Assembly (NCBI GenBank): GCA_051294375.1
Contig: CM119267.1
Location: 14,377,694 to 14,441,693, forward strand
Direction: 5' to 3'
Length of the DNA: 64,000 nucleotides
From: Paraspadella gotoi
Lineage: Eukaryota > Animalia > Chaetognatha
Shown here: one piece after another, positions 13,341 through 25,275 of the stretch
Layout: every line of letters starts with the position of its first letter
Numbering within the stretch: the stretch's first letter is position 1
Made by a program: the position numbers and the translations under genes
The notes under the pieces: generated by a model
What the model was told of the DNA's origin: nothing
What the model saw: only the letters and a program-made list of their open reading frames with translations
Database searches by the model: none

Positions 13341-16300
13341 CATAACTGAGGAGATAACTTTGTTGACTCTGAACGTAGTGCGAATTAAACTCTGTAATCG
13401 CGGTATTATATTAATGTTAGTGTAAAAATTAATTTCAGATTATATCTGATCATTTTTATGATTAAATAAAACTAACTATTCAATGATGTTTGTATAAAAC
13501 ATTGAACAATCGTTGATTTCTTTACAGTTTAAAGTACCTTTTTCAATTAATAGTTTAAGAATCAAAAATATTTTTTAAGCGTTTCCTAGAGCATATAAAA
13601 AACGTAGTGCCACAGGAAAGAATAAATTTGGTGCATTTTTTTTTTTTTAAATTCTTTGGAATGCCGCTGATGTATTATTTTATACCACTTATTGTTGTCT
13701 TTTTAAATATTGATTTATTTTTTAACATATCGCTCAGTACAATAAAAAAAAACTATTTGCCCTTATCAATGTGGATTATGGAGTTACAGATAACTTAGAG
13801 ATATAGAAAGCTTCGATTACTTTATCTTCATCCTCATTTTGACCTACTCGCCGAATTCATTGCAGACCTGATGTGCCGCCGACTCAATTAGAACCTAAGA
13901 TAAATTTAAACGCTGTTACCCTTTTACGGTCGTATGAGTTTTGTGGGATTTTCGGAGCTCTATCTTAAATATATAGTTTTTATCTTTATTTTTCATATTA
14001 AAAGCCGGCTTTGTGAAAAGTTATATTTTTCGTTGTTCCTTCCTAATTTGCTTGTAATGTTAGACATGAGATTTACGGTTACGACTACTAAGTTAAAAAT
14101 GATTTACTGGATGACCAGTTTCGTCAAATTAGTGTAGATGTTCCAGAAAATATTTTTATACATTGTAAGTATCAATAAATAGTTATTAATGCTCGCGGTT
14201 TCGGGTAACCCCTTTCATATGAGCAAAGTATCATTTTTATTTATCTGTGGATGTATATAATCAGAACAAAATATCAACCAGTCCAAAAAAAAAAATTCAA
14301 GCATTTTTGTTGAAATGAAAAGATTAATTGGCTCCATCATCACTTATGCAACAACTCAGCCTGGTTTACTTTATTGGGGATAATCTGTTCAACTGCTTTG
14401 CCAAAGAAACCATTTTTTCCATAAATTCTGATTAAAAATATTATGCCAAAGATATAATATTAACAAATATATGAGTAGTCCTCTTGATCAAAAAGAGTGA
14501 AAACCAGTAGAGAGACAAACCTCTTTTTGGAAAAGATATAATTGATTGTTATTAAATATTTTTATAGATAGATATATATATTAAATTAATCTTTTTATTC
14601 AGTCCTAGGGAGGTGCATTATTACATATTAATTATTACCGACACAAATATTATTTGACATTGAAATTAGCCGACTTTTCAAACCGCGGACAATTCTATTA
14701 TACCCATTATGGTAGATGCCTCCCTCTCCTCTATATATATATATATAGAGGGACAACCTAAGAACCCCCTTCCCAAAATAAAATAAATATCAAGTTTTAG
14801 CACAATGCTGAGATACATAGACACAATTACCATTAGCGGTATGCAGACATGTTCGATAATTTAATTAATTTTATAAACAAAGCATAATCATTATTAGTCA
14901 TATAATAATGGAAGAGAGAATAGCACATGGTGATGGCTCGACCTTATACCTTGATATTGGGATCAAAGAGCCATCCATGAAGAGAGATATAAGATTTCCC
15001 AACTGAGGGACCTTCTTATTTTAAATATACCTTAAATATATATATATATGAATTATTTATAGATATTATGAGATTCTCATTAATGATTTTTACATAAAAT
15101 GATGTGTGATTCTACTCAGAAAATAGGGCAGGAAGTAATATAACCCCTGTGTTGTATTAGATGTTCCTCTATTCAGAGCAAACACTAACAACCCTTCTCC
15201 CATTTAATAATATAATATTTTCAGATTCATATTATCAAAAACCAAAATTAATATATAAAATATGATAATGAGATAAAAAAATATAGAATTATAATATATA
15301 TTTTTATTAAATATTATAAATTAATATTGAAACAAGTTATTTTGCTAATTTTCATAAACATTTAAATATTTTGGTTTTTTCAAATAAATACTTCCTAACA
15401 AGAATGATGGCTAATATTTTATTAGGGGAGTTGGTCTTTTCATACAATAAAAAACATTCTTTGAAATATTTACCACTTTATTGATAGGGAAGCCAGTACT
15501 TTGAAGTTGAATAATCAGTATTAAAAAGCTAAACTATTTTTTTCATTTTTTAAATATTTTTAAATATTTTCAAAAAGATTATGCATTGGTTGAAGATGCA
15601 TGGTTTATCGTTTTACTTCCATTTTTCCCAAATTCTTCCAAATCTGACATCTCTTGGGTTCATAAAGATGATATTTTTGTGTAATACTATAGATGAAAAA
15701 AATTGTCGCGGTTACTTTTCCAGCTTTTGGAATGAGTTATCACAAAAAATTTATTTTTTTCATATCTATATTTTTATATTATCTAATTTTCTGGGGTTTT
15801 TTATTGTTTTTGAGTATAACCTGTAGCGGTAGTATTTCATACCCGCTACTCGTTCTAGAATCAGCAGCACTATAGCGCCGGAGCACAGAGGCTGAAATTA
15901 TAAGCACCACCCTGCAAAATTCCCTAAACCATTCGCCCTGCCAATCAAGATATACAGAGGCTCGAATTATAAGCACCACCTGCAAATTTCCCTTACTTAT
16001 TGCACCTGCCAATCAGTATACACAGAGGCTCGAATTATAAGCACCACCCTGGCAAAATTCCCTAACTCTCATTCGTCGTGCCAATCAAGTTATACACAGG
16101 AGGCCTCGATATATAAGGACCACCTGCCAAAATTCCCGAACTCCTCATTCGCCCTGCCAATCAAGTATCCGCGGAGGTAGCACGAGCTCCTCCCAACCCA
16201 AAGGATTCGGGTTCGCGCCCTGCTGATTCACACAAGTAAAAATTGGAGGGGGCGTTTAACCCACCTGTAGTGACGGACTACAGCCCGATCCGAAGTTCAG

Positions 16301-16465
16301 GACCTTGTGTGCTACGGATGGTAAACTGCTTGCGGCATCGTCTTCCACATTGGTGAGCCCACACGTATATGCTGGCTCGTTAATACACCTCTGCCCGGGC
16401 ATGTTAATGCACCTCTGTGCATCAACTCCATTAAGATAGATTCAGGGATGAATCTTAATTCATAT

Positions 16466-16490
16466 NNNNNNNNNNNNNNNNNNNNNNNNN
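16466..16490. other. Assembly gap, 25 N
   Basis: Run of 25 N. Confidence 0.99.
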
Positions 16491-16779
16491 TACCATTATC
16501 TTTAGAATCTTTTGCATTGTTTTATAGTTGATTTGATTTGCGAATTTAAATAGGTCTGATTTGTAAATGAAATCGATTTAAACATCGAATTCCCTGAAAG
16601 CTTTTGGAGTGCCCATTTTTTTATGGCGCATGGCATTTTCATCCCAACCACCTCTACTACTAGTTTTTCGAATGGAGTTTCTCGGAATTCTATCTAGCTA
16701 CAACAAGTCCATCTTACCCCATACACAAAAAACTAAAATTTCAATTTATAAAAAAGTTTAAAATCTCCCAACAGCTGGC

Positions 16780-16930
16780 GCTAAGGGCTTTGGACCTACA
16801 TTGACCACCCCATGTCACTGACGTGTTTATGCCGACGCCATCACACTTAAACCTTCTTGACCGTGAGGGGATTGAACCCGGAACTCATGGTTGGTGAACA
16901 CTGTCCAAGCCAATGGGACGAGTTGAGTTT
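16780..16930 (-). mobile_element. tRNA-derived SINE-like fragment
   Basis: Minus strand reads ..cccattggcttggacagtg..ccgggttcaatcccctcacgg.., with a Pol III B-box-like GGTTCAATCC in a GC-rich island and no complete cloverleaf. Confidence 0.4.
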
Positions 16931-17764
16931 CACTAAGCTATACGGGAGGCGAATTTAGGATTCGCCACAGTACCCGTTTTTTGTGACCAGACCCTGTTCC
17001 CATTAAACTACCCGATCAATTTCATGAAATTTTACACAGAATCTTAATGAGGATATAAATGGAACTATTGACAGCCGAGAAATGGCCCCCGGGGGTCACC
17101 CATAGGGGCAAAAATTTATATTATTTTTGTTTTGAACAGTTAAAAAGACGTTTACTCTTCCACAAAAACGTATTTACCATGATGGAAAAAAAAATTGTCG
17201 CGGTTTGGAGAAGTCGGTTAATTTCATTGTCAAATGTATTTTTGACCGTTAAATAAGTTTTAACATAATATGAGCTCCTTAGGACTGAATAAAAAAATAC
17301 TTCTCAACAGCATAAAATTATTTAATGTATACAAATACTTCCAAAAGAGGTTGTCTCAACTGTTTTCACTTCTTTTTAATCAAGAGGACGATTTACATTA
17401 TTGTTAATATTATATCCCTGATATATTTTTTATCAGATTTCGGGCAAAAAAATAGTTTATGGCATGCAGTTTAAAAGATTGATCCCCTATAAAGTAATCC
17501 AGGCTTGAATTATTGCTGCATAATGTGATGATGCATTGTCTTTTACTTCAAAAAAATCTTTAATTTTTTTTTGAATAGTTTAATACATCCAGAGGTAAAT
17601 AAAAATGATAACTTTGCTCACAGAAAGGTTACCCAGACCCTTATAACTTTTATTATTACTTTATAATATAAAAAAAAATATTCTGAAGCATCTACAATAT
17701 TAAGTTTTTTTAATACAGCTCTTTTTTTGATATATGAATTAAGATTCATCCCTGAATCTATCTT

Positions 17765-18030
17765 AATGGAGTTGATGCACAGAGGTGCATTAACATGCCC
17801 GGGCAGAGGTGTATTAACGAGCCAGCATATACGTGTGGGCTCACCAATGTGGAAGACGATGCCGCAAGCAGTTTACCATCCGTAGCAACCAAGGTCCTGA
17901 ACTTCGGATCGGGCTGTAGTCCGTCACTACAGGTGGGTTAAACGCCCCCTCCAATTTTTACTTGTGTGAATCAGCAGGGCGCGAACCCGAATCCTTTGGG
18001 TTGGGAGGAGCTCGTGCTACCTCCGCGGAT
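17765..18030 (-). mobile_element. SINE-like GC-rich interspersed repeat
   Basis: Minus strand starts gcggaggtagcacgagc..gggttcgcgccctgc (A/B-box-like); near-identical copy at ~16170-16430. Confidence 0.4.
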
Positions 18031-18290
18031 ACTTGATTGGCAGGGCGAATGAGGAGTTCGGGAATTTTGATATATACTTGATTGGCAGGACGAATGAGGA
18101 GTTAGGGAATTTTGCAGGGTGGTGCTTATAATTCGAGCCTCTGTGTATACTTGATTGGCAGGGCAAATGAGGAGTAAGGAAATTTGCAGAGTGGTGCTTA
18201 TAATTCGAGCCTCTGTGTATACTTGATTGGCAGGGCGAATGTGTTAGGGAATTTTGCAGGGTGGTGCTTATAATTCGAGCCTCTGTGCTC
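18028..18290. repeat. ~72-bp minisatellite (3 full units plus 1 partial)
   Basis: Unit tatacttgattggcagggcgaatgaggagttagggaattttgcagggtggtgcttataattcgagcctctgtg starts at ~18073, ~18146 and ~18218; inverse error-laden copy at ~15880-16170. Confidence 0.85.
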
Positions 18291-20699
18291 CGGCGCTATA
18301 GGTGCTGCTGATTCTAGAACGAGTAGCGGGGTATGAAATACTACCGCTACAGGTTATACTCAAAAAGCAATAAAAAAAACCAGAAATTAGTATAAATAAA
18401 AAATATAGATATGAAAAAAATAAAATTTTTTTGGATAACTCATTCCAAAAGCTGGAAAGTAACCGCGACAATTTTTTTCCATCATAGTATTACCACAAAA
18501 AATATCAGCTTTATGAACACAAGAGGATGTCAGATTTGGAAGAATTTGGGAAAAATGGAAGTAAAACGATAAACCATGCATCTTCAAACCATGCATAATT
18601 ATTGAAAATTTTAAAAATTTTAAAAAAATGAAAAAAAAATGTTAGCTTTTTTAATATGATTATTCACTTCCAAAGTACCTGGCTTCCTATCAATAAAGTG
18701 GTATAATATTTCAAAGAATGTTTTTATTTTATGAAAAGACCACTCCCCTAATAAAATATTAGCCATCATTCTTGTTAGGAAGTTATTTATTGAAAAACCA
18801 AAATATTTAAATGTTATGAAAATTGCAAAATAACTTGTTTCAATATTAGATATTATAATATTTATTAAAAATATATATTATAAGTTCTATATTTTTTTTA
18901 TCATTATCATTATTTTATATTAATTTTGGTTTTTGATAATATGAATCTGAAAATATTATATTATTAAATGGGAGAGGGTTGTTAGTGTTGTCTTCTGGAA
19001 ATAGAGGGAACATCTATACAACACAGGGGGTTATATTACTTCCTGCCCTAGTTTTCTGAGTAGATATCACACATCATTTTTGTAAGAAAATCATTAATGA
19101 GAATCTCATAATATCTAAAATAATTCAAAATTATAAATTAATGTATATTTTAAGATAAGAAGGTCCTCAGTTGGGAACCTATACCCTTCATGGATTTTGG
19201 CTCTTTGATCCCAATATCAAGGTATAGGCGAGCCATCACCAAATGGTGATCCTTCCATTATTATATGACTAATGATTATGCTTTTGTTTAAATTAATTAA
19301 TTATCTGAACAGCTGCATACCGCTAATGGTAATGGGCAGATCCAGCATTGTTTGCTAAAACTTGTTATATTTTATTTTTTTATTTTGGGAGGGGGTTCTT
19401 AGTGTTGTCTTCTAAAAAAAGAGGGAGCATCTACCATAATGGGAAAAAAAATTGTCGCGGTTTGGAAAAGTCGGTTAATTTCAATGTCAAATATATTTTT
19501 TGGGCGGTAAATAATTTTTAATATGTAATATGACCTCCATAGGACTGAATAAAAAGATTATTTTTCAACAACATAAAAATATTTAATACAATCAAATACT
19601 TCCAAAAGAGGTTGTCTCCAACTGTTTTCACCTCTTTTTGATCAAGAGGACTACTCACATTATTGTTAATATTATAATTTTGGCATAATATTTTTTATCA
19701 GATTTATGGAAAAAATGGTTCTTGGCAAGCAGTGACAAAGATTGATCCCAATAAAGTAAACCAGGCTTAAGTTGTTGCATAATGTGATGATGCAATATCT
19801 TTCATTTCAACAAAATCTTGAATTTTTTTTTTGGACTGGTTTGGTATTTTGTTCTGATAATACATCCACAGGTAAATAAAAATGATAACTTTGCTCATTG
19901 AAAGGTTACCCAGAGCATTATAACTTTTATTGATACTTTACAATATAAAAAAAATATTCTGAGCATCTACACTATTTTGACGACTGTCATCCAGTAATAT
20001 TTTTACTTAGTAGTCGTACGTAAATCTCATGCGAACATTAGCAAGCAAATTAGGAAAGGACAGAAAATAACTTTTCACAAGCCGGCTTTTAATCTGAAAT
20101 AGATAAAAACTAAAGTAGTAGAGCTCGAAATCCGCCAAAACTCTACGACCGTAAAGGGTAAAGCGTTAAATATCTTAGGTTCTAATTGATCGGCGGCCAC
20201 ATCAAAGGTCTGCAATGAATTCGGCGAGTAGGTCAATGAGGATGAAGATAAAGTATCGAAGCTTTCAGACCAAGTTTACGAACCTCCATAATCCACATTG
20301 ATAAGGGCAAATAGTTTTTTTTTGGACTGAGCGATTGTTAAAAATAATCAATATTTAAAAAGACAACATAAGAGGTATAAAATATACATCAGCGGCATTC
20401 CAAAGAATTAAAAAAAAAATGCACCAAATTTATCTTTCTGTGGCACTACGTTTTTAAGCTCTAGGAAAACGCTTAAAAATATTTGATTCAAACTATTAAT
20501 TGAAATAAGGTACTTTAAACTGTAAAGAATCACGTTGTTCAATGTTTTATACAAAACAATCATTGTATATTAGTTTATTTAATCATAAAAATGATCAGAT
20601 ATAATCTGAAATTAATTTTTACACTAACATTTAATATAATACCCGATTACAGAGTTTAATTCGCACTACGCAGAGTCAACAAAGTTTATGCCCTCAGTT

Positions 20700-21404
20700 A
20701 TGTCACTGTCGTAATATGTGAACGATCTGACCGACGCCTTCATTGCTAACTTGACAATGCTCGTCGGCGACCACGGACTCGCAACCGATTTGAGGAATTC
20801 CTAACATCGCCTCCCACTCGAACTCGTCCGCGGGTTCGGGATCTTTTCCTGGGTCGTAGTTTGGAATATGTTCTTTCATGGCGGAAGGATGGGGTTTGGG
20901 CCCAAACCGAGGGGGCGGTGTCACGTAGTTGGGAAAATCAACTTGAGCCGGGTAAAGAAAGTCATGCCGCTTTATGCTAATCACATTAAATCATTCTTGA
21001 AGTCTGATTTTTCGTTGCCAGTCGGTGTCGTAAAAAGTTTTTCGAAGCGCGCTGAAAAAATAATTAAAAATTCGTAAACTTAAAATTGAATGATTTGAAG
21101 GATTTAAAAATATACCCCTCGTACCTAATCGTTCTTCGAACCCTTGTCGTGAAGGATTCACCGAGCGGCGGACATCCGTTAGATCCATAGAGCTGCCTTC
21201 GAAGCACCTCGATTGGGGAAATCCGTATTGGTTGAAATAGTCGGGGTATTGGGATTCAAGCGCGAGCCAGTAACTTTTCGGCGCCTTAACTCGTAACAAG
21301 TCATTGACCCCGTCTCCTGGAATGACGCATGGAAAGCGTCCCTCCCACGTGCTTAATGCGTAAGGATGGTCCGTCTCAGTCGGATCGACTAGAGGCATTA
21401 TCAT
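20700..21404 (-). CDS. Orphan two-exon protein (frameshifted by sequence errors)
   Basis: GC-rich coding-like blocks MIMPLVDPTETDHPYALSTWEGRFPC.. and ..KDPEPADEFEWEAMLGIPQIG.. separated by a GT-AG intron (~21050-21124); acceptor ttttttcag ~15 nt upstream of the ATG. The end coordinate is approximate. Confidence 0.5.
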
Positions 21405-21603
21405 TGTCTGGACTGTAACTGAAAAAAGAAAAAAAGGTACATATCGAAATCATTCGTATTTTTAAACTCGAACTAATGAAAGTCGTTCAAAAAAAACAAC
21501 TAATGTTTTGCTTTAGCAATATTGAAATTTGAATACAATAATCGAAAATTAACCCCAACATATCTTGTTATAGTTCGCAGAATTGACAATCATCCATTTG
21601 GCA

Positions 21604-22308
21604 ATTACAAATACATGCTTCATTTTCTTTTCATTCTTATTTCTTAATCCGGATCTTTTGTTGAGGAACCAATTGTAAACGACGTCGTAATCCAAATCGC
21701 AGTGAGTTGCAATGACAACTATTTCTTCAGAACGAAGGTCGGGCATTCGCCTTAAACGCCTTTTCGAGAGACATTGACAAATTCTGTGTCAACACGGTTC
21801 GACATTTTCTCTTTTTCGGGGCTTTGCTAGATAGTTGGATTCTATTTATCAGATGACAAGTATCCCTTTTCGAGGATCGAAGGCCAGGTCTCAAAAGAAC
21901 GGCTTCAGCGTTGCCATATTTCGATAAAGAAGCTCGAGGCCTTCAAATCGACAAACCGTCGATTGTGAGATGTTTGGATGAATTATTTTCATCTTTTGAG
22001 CAAACTTTCTTTGGCTGATTCGAAGGTCAGCTCGTTTTTTACGCAAAACTTTGACAAAAGCTATCCATTTTCTTCGAGAATGTCCGAACCGGTTTGCGAT
22101 GAACCGGGGTCGTCTTTAATGTAAGACGTTTTTGGAGAGGAAATCTGTTTCACATCATTATTGGGCATCGAACACGAAAGTCCCGAATCTGAGTCGTGCT
22201 GCGAAAGCTCTCCCGATTCCTGGATGAGAAAGGAGATCGCTGAGAGAGTAAAGAATCTTCCTCAAACTTCTCCAAGTCATCTTTGATTTTTAAACTTTTT
22301 TGGGACAT
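21604..22308 (-). CDS. Divergent POU-domain homeobox transcription factor (single coding exon; frameshifts probably read errors)
   Basis: Stitching frames gives a POU-specific domain AFVKVLRKKRADLRISQRKFAQKMKIIHPNISQSTVCRFEGLELLYRNMATLKPFFETW (cf. [29 protein letters not shown]). A linker follows, then the homeodomain KKRKCRTVLTQNLSMSLEKAFKANARPS.EEIVVIATHCDLDYDVVYNWFLNKRSGLRN. Confidence 0.85.
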
Positions 22309-22411
22309 GGTGCCTGAAAAAAGAATCAATCATATTCAGCAAATGCAAACTAGTGTATAAGAGGAAGTAGTTACAGTGCGAATATCAAATAATAAACATC
22401 AATAATAAATA

Positions 22412-23091
22412 TCATTTTTTGTTTTTCTTTTTCTTCTTCGTCTTTTTCGTTTGGCGTAATCTTCTTTACCAAAAGCTGTTTCGTACTTCACGTCGGCTTT
22501 CACTTCCTTTTTCTAGTACAGAACCAGCATGATTAAAGATTCTGTATGCCCAAGGAATCTTAATTTTCTTGGCTCTCCCTAACAGATTGTTTTTTAAAAT
22601 TCCTAGTTCAGCGTTCCTCGGTAAATCCTTGGAGAAACCTAAGGCAATGACGGATCTCATACGTATCGTTTCAGCCAACTTTTCCGAATTCCGTCGATTC
22701 GAATCACGTGAACGCCTCTGATGGCTACGAGAGGTTTCAAATGGTCTGTCAACGACGATCGGATTGGGCGACTGGTCGACGAGCAAAGATCGACACAGTC
22801 TTTCTCCAGCGCACGTGTGCATTGATTGAGGCCGATGATAGAAAAGGACGAAATTCATTCCAAGACTTGTTTTCTATCGCTTTGTCCTCGTCGCACTTTT
22901 TATCTCTTTTGACGTTTTTATCGCTTTTTGGCTTCGCAAATTTGATTTTTTCCAAAGTCCTAGTTAGTTGGCGAGAACAGAATTTCGCGCGTCTTCGGGA
23001 AAGGAAGACCACGTAAATGTCTTTTGGTCCCGATAAAAGTTTTGAACGAAACACCCGACTTCTTTTTGTTGCCTTGCTTTGTCTGCGCCAT
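22412..23091 (-). CDS. RPP38: Ribonuclease P/MRP protein subunit p38 (L7Ae fold), frameshifted by read errors
   Basis: Stitched translation IGLNQCTRALEK..LLVDQSPNPIVV..SEKLAETIRMRSVIALGF..KIPW..VKKITPN..KKKRK matches recalled RPP38 motifs (IGVNEVTRALER, SERIAPVIGLKCVLALAF, SVPW, IKKLIPN). Confidence 0.75.
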
Positions 23092-23139
23092 TACTTATCG
23101 ATTTTTACTACTAAAAAAAAATTAAATTGAAAATGAAAT

Positions 23140-24079
23140 CTATCTCAAACGCGTCCAGGCAACCACTCATCATCATCCTCCTCCATCGCCGTCTCCCTTT
23201 CAGAAGATTGATCCAGATCTCCGTAGTCCATCTCGCGGCGTCATCGTCGTCGCCGTCCTGTCAAGAGGTCCTCTTTGCTGGATTTGCTTCTCTTAACTTT
23301 CCCTGTCGATATCATCTTCGATTAACCAGCGCAGGTTTCGAAGAGAATCCCCTCAGCCGTTTCGCCTGCATCCTCCCCGGTTGTTTCCATTAACGTCTCC
23401 TTCAACCTCTGGCTGATTATGTCCCGCGCCTTGTCTTGCATTCCTTCCAAGCACCATCCGTCCTTTCGGTGCAGCCTCGCTCCATCTCTTTGCCCTCGTT
23501 AATTGTTAACAGCTGCTGCACTTCTTCGTCTCAATGTCGCAGAGTTGGTAGAACATCTGGCGGAAAGGAGGGAGCGTTCTTTGCGAAAAACGTAGATAGA
23601 GTCGCATTTCTTTTTGACTTCGTCGTCCTTTACGGGGGAGGACGAAGCGTCGCGGTCGCTCGATTTGAGTTCGAGATCTTCCTGAAAATCCTCACAACCG
23701 GTGGTTGGGCCTTTGCACGGTGTTTGGCAATTGTAACTATACGTGCTTCGCTTAGATCCGGATGCAGATTTTGTCTGCAGCAGACCGTTGACGAATTACG
23801 GAAGTCGACCAGCTGGTACATTTTGGATGCTGGGTCTGTCGAGGATCGTATCCGAGTCGAACCCAGAGAGAGCGCCAGGGGCCTAGTAATAAAAAAGTAG
23901 GCAACGACGGGAAGAATAAGTTTGAGGTTGGTCCGGCAGCAACGTCCACTTTGCACTTAAGCGCGTTTTTGCTCCATATTGGACGCTCATTTGAAGAGAC
24001 GCCTGATGTCTTCCAGACGTCGCTTGTCACGTTCGTCATGGATTCGGGTCGCGGCCAGCTTTCTCCGATTATATGACAT
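23140..24079 (-). CDS. GTF3C5: General transcription factor IIIC subunit 5 (Tau95), C-terminal half, frameshifted by read errors
   Basis: Stitched translation RRLFNERPIWSKNAL..LKLILPVVAYFFITGPWRSLWVRLGYDPR.DPASKMYQLVDFR..PPFRQMFYQLCD plus an acidic tail matches GTF3C5 (RPIWSRNAV..GPWRSLWIRFGYDPRK..YQVLDFR..PPYRQMFYQLCD). Both ends are approximate. Confidence 0.85.
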
Positions 24080-24436
24080 GATATAACATGTAAAAATTAA
24101 CATTCTAATCAATGTTGCTAGCTGGATAATGCGAAACACCTAAGATTTGGCCCCAAAGCTACAGATTTAACCCACAGCTCCCCATAGCTCCCTATTTTGC
24201 CCCGGGAAGTTTGACCAGTTTTTTAACAAAATTCAGTACTTTAATGCGGTTTACAAGTAATTAATAAAACTCATAAAATAATTACACAAGACATAGTTCT
24301 ATACATGTAATAAAACGAAAAAACGGTAATGGTAAAAAATATAATATAATATAACCATAATGGTAAACCGGACTGGTCAAGACTCGTTATCAAAATTTGG
24401 TTATATGTACAAAAATGTTTCCTTTTCTTCCCAGAA

Positions 24437-25141
24437 ATGAAATTTTATCCGAGCCTTTTATCCCGGTCATTTAAAAACATTTACAGTCACAACCTTGGAC
24501 GATGTGGATATGAGCCGACTTTTGCAATTCAAAAACGTTTAGTCAATGATCACTTGTCATCCACTTCCGGTCGCGACATCGTTCTCCTGGTAGAGCATGA
24601 CCCCGTTTACACGATTGGTCTACGTGACCAGACTTACTCGCACGAGGATCAGTTGAGGCTCGAAGCTCTTGGAGCGGAATTCTATCGAGCAGACCGTGGC
24701 GGACTGATCACTTTTCACGGTCCCGGTCAACTGGTTGTTTATCCAATTTTAAATCTGAAAAATCCTCCCTTTGAGCCTTCGATCCGCCGATATGTTTGCC
24801 TTCTGGAAAATACCATTATTAAACTTTGCTCATCTTTTTATGGAGTCAAAGCTAAAAGGACCGAACACACAGGAATCTGGGTGGGAAATAATAAAATAGC
24901 AGCCATCGGGGTTCACAATAAGCGAGGCGTTGTTTCCCATGGTTTAGCCCTCAATTGTAATGTCGATCTCAAATGGTACGATCACATTGTTCCTTGCGGA
25001 ATTAGCGACCCTACTAAATGGGTCACTTCATTGTCGCGAGAGACCCGCGAAAACGTGACTGTTAAACAAATTATACCCCAATACCTTAAATGTTTCGAAG
25101 AAGTTTTTCAATGTAGTATAATTATGATGGAAAACTTATAA
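24437..25141 (+). CDS. LIPT2: Octanoyltransferase LipB / lipoyltransferase 2, single exon
   Basis: LLVEHDPVYTIG, RGGLITFHGPGQLVVYPILNL, KIAAIGV, SHGLALN and IVPCGI are LipB signatures. Confidence 0.95.
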   Translation: MKFYPSLLSRSFKNIYSHNLGRCGYEPTFAIQKRLVNDHLSSTSGRDIVLLVEHDPVYTIGLRDQTYSHEDQLRLEALGAEFYRADRGGLITFHGPGQLVVYPILNLKNPPFEPSIRRYVCLLENTIIKLCSSFYGVKAKRTEHTGIWVGNNKIAAIGVHNKRGVVSHGLALNCNVDLKWYDHIVPCGISDPTKWVTSLSRETRENVTVKQIIPQYLKCFEEVFQCSIIMMENL

Positions 25142-25275
25142 TTTTAATGTTTGGAGCCTTCAATAAGAAGGCACTTAGCGAATTTTGCTTTTGCTCCTTT
25201 TTGACTTGTTTTATGTATATTGGTTTTTGCTTTCAGGGAAAGACTAGATTTTTTTCTAGTTTTCAAAAAGGAAAT

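Larger units (their letters stand above)
10218..16465 (+). repeat. Indel-rich inverted duplicate of 17732-23697
   Basis: ttgtgaggattttcagg.. at 10218 is the reverse complement of ..cctgaaaatcctcacaa ending at 23697. ..gaatcttaattcatat at 16465 is the reverse complement of atatgaattaagattc.. at 17732. Bounded by two 25-N gaps. Confidence 0.9.
17180..19975. repeat. Diverged direct repeat pair (~17180-17700 and ~19435-19975) of an AT-rich repeat family
   Basis: Both begin with aaaaattgtcgcggtttgga.aagtcggttaatttca and share colinear blocks (aggactgaataaaaa, tacttccaaaagaggttgtctc, aaaggttacccaga). A related motif, gttagtg..tcttct.gaaatagaggga.catcta, recurs at ~18980, ~19400 and ~36535. Confidence 0.6.

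Noticed and set aside
1-16465. Real segmental duplication with pseudogenised paralogues, or programmed frameshifting
   Set aside because: Indel-dominated, uniformly distributed differences and 25-N junctions fit uncorrected long-read sequence better.
18028-18290. Regularly spaced repeats as a CRISPR array
   Set aside because: Whole ~72-bp units repeat with no unique spacers, no cas genes are present and the context is eukaryotic; it is a minisatellite.
24437-25141. Bacterial lipB contaminant or HGT
   Set aside because: LIPT2 is a normal eukaryotic gene; it is preceded by a splice-acceptor-like site and embedded among spliced genes.
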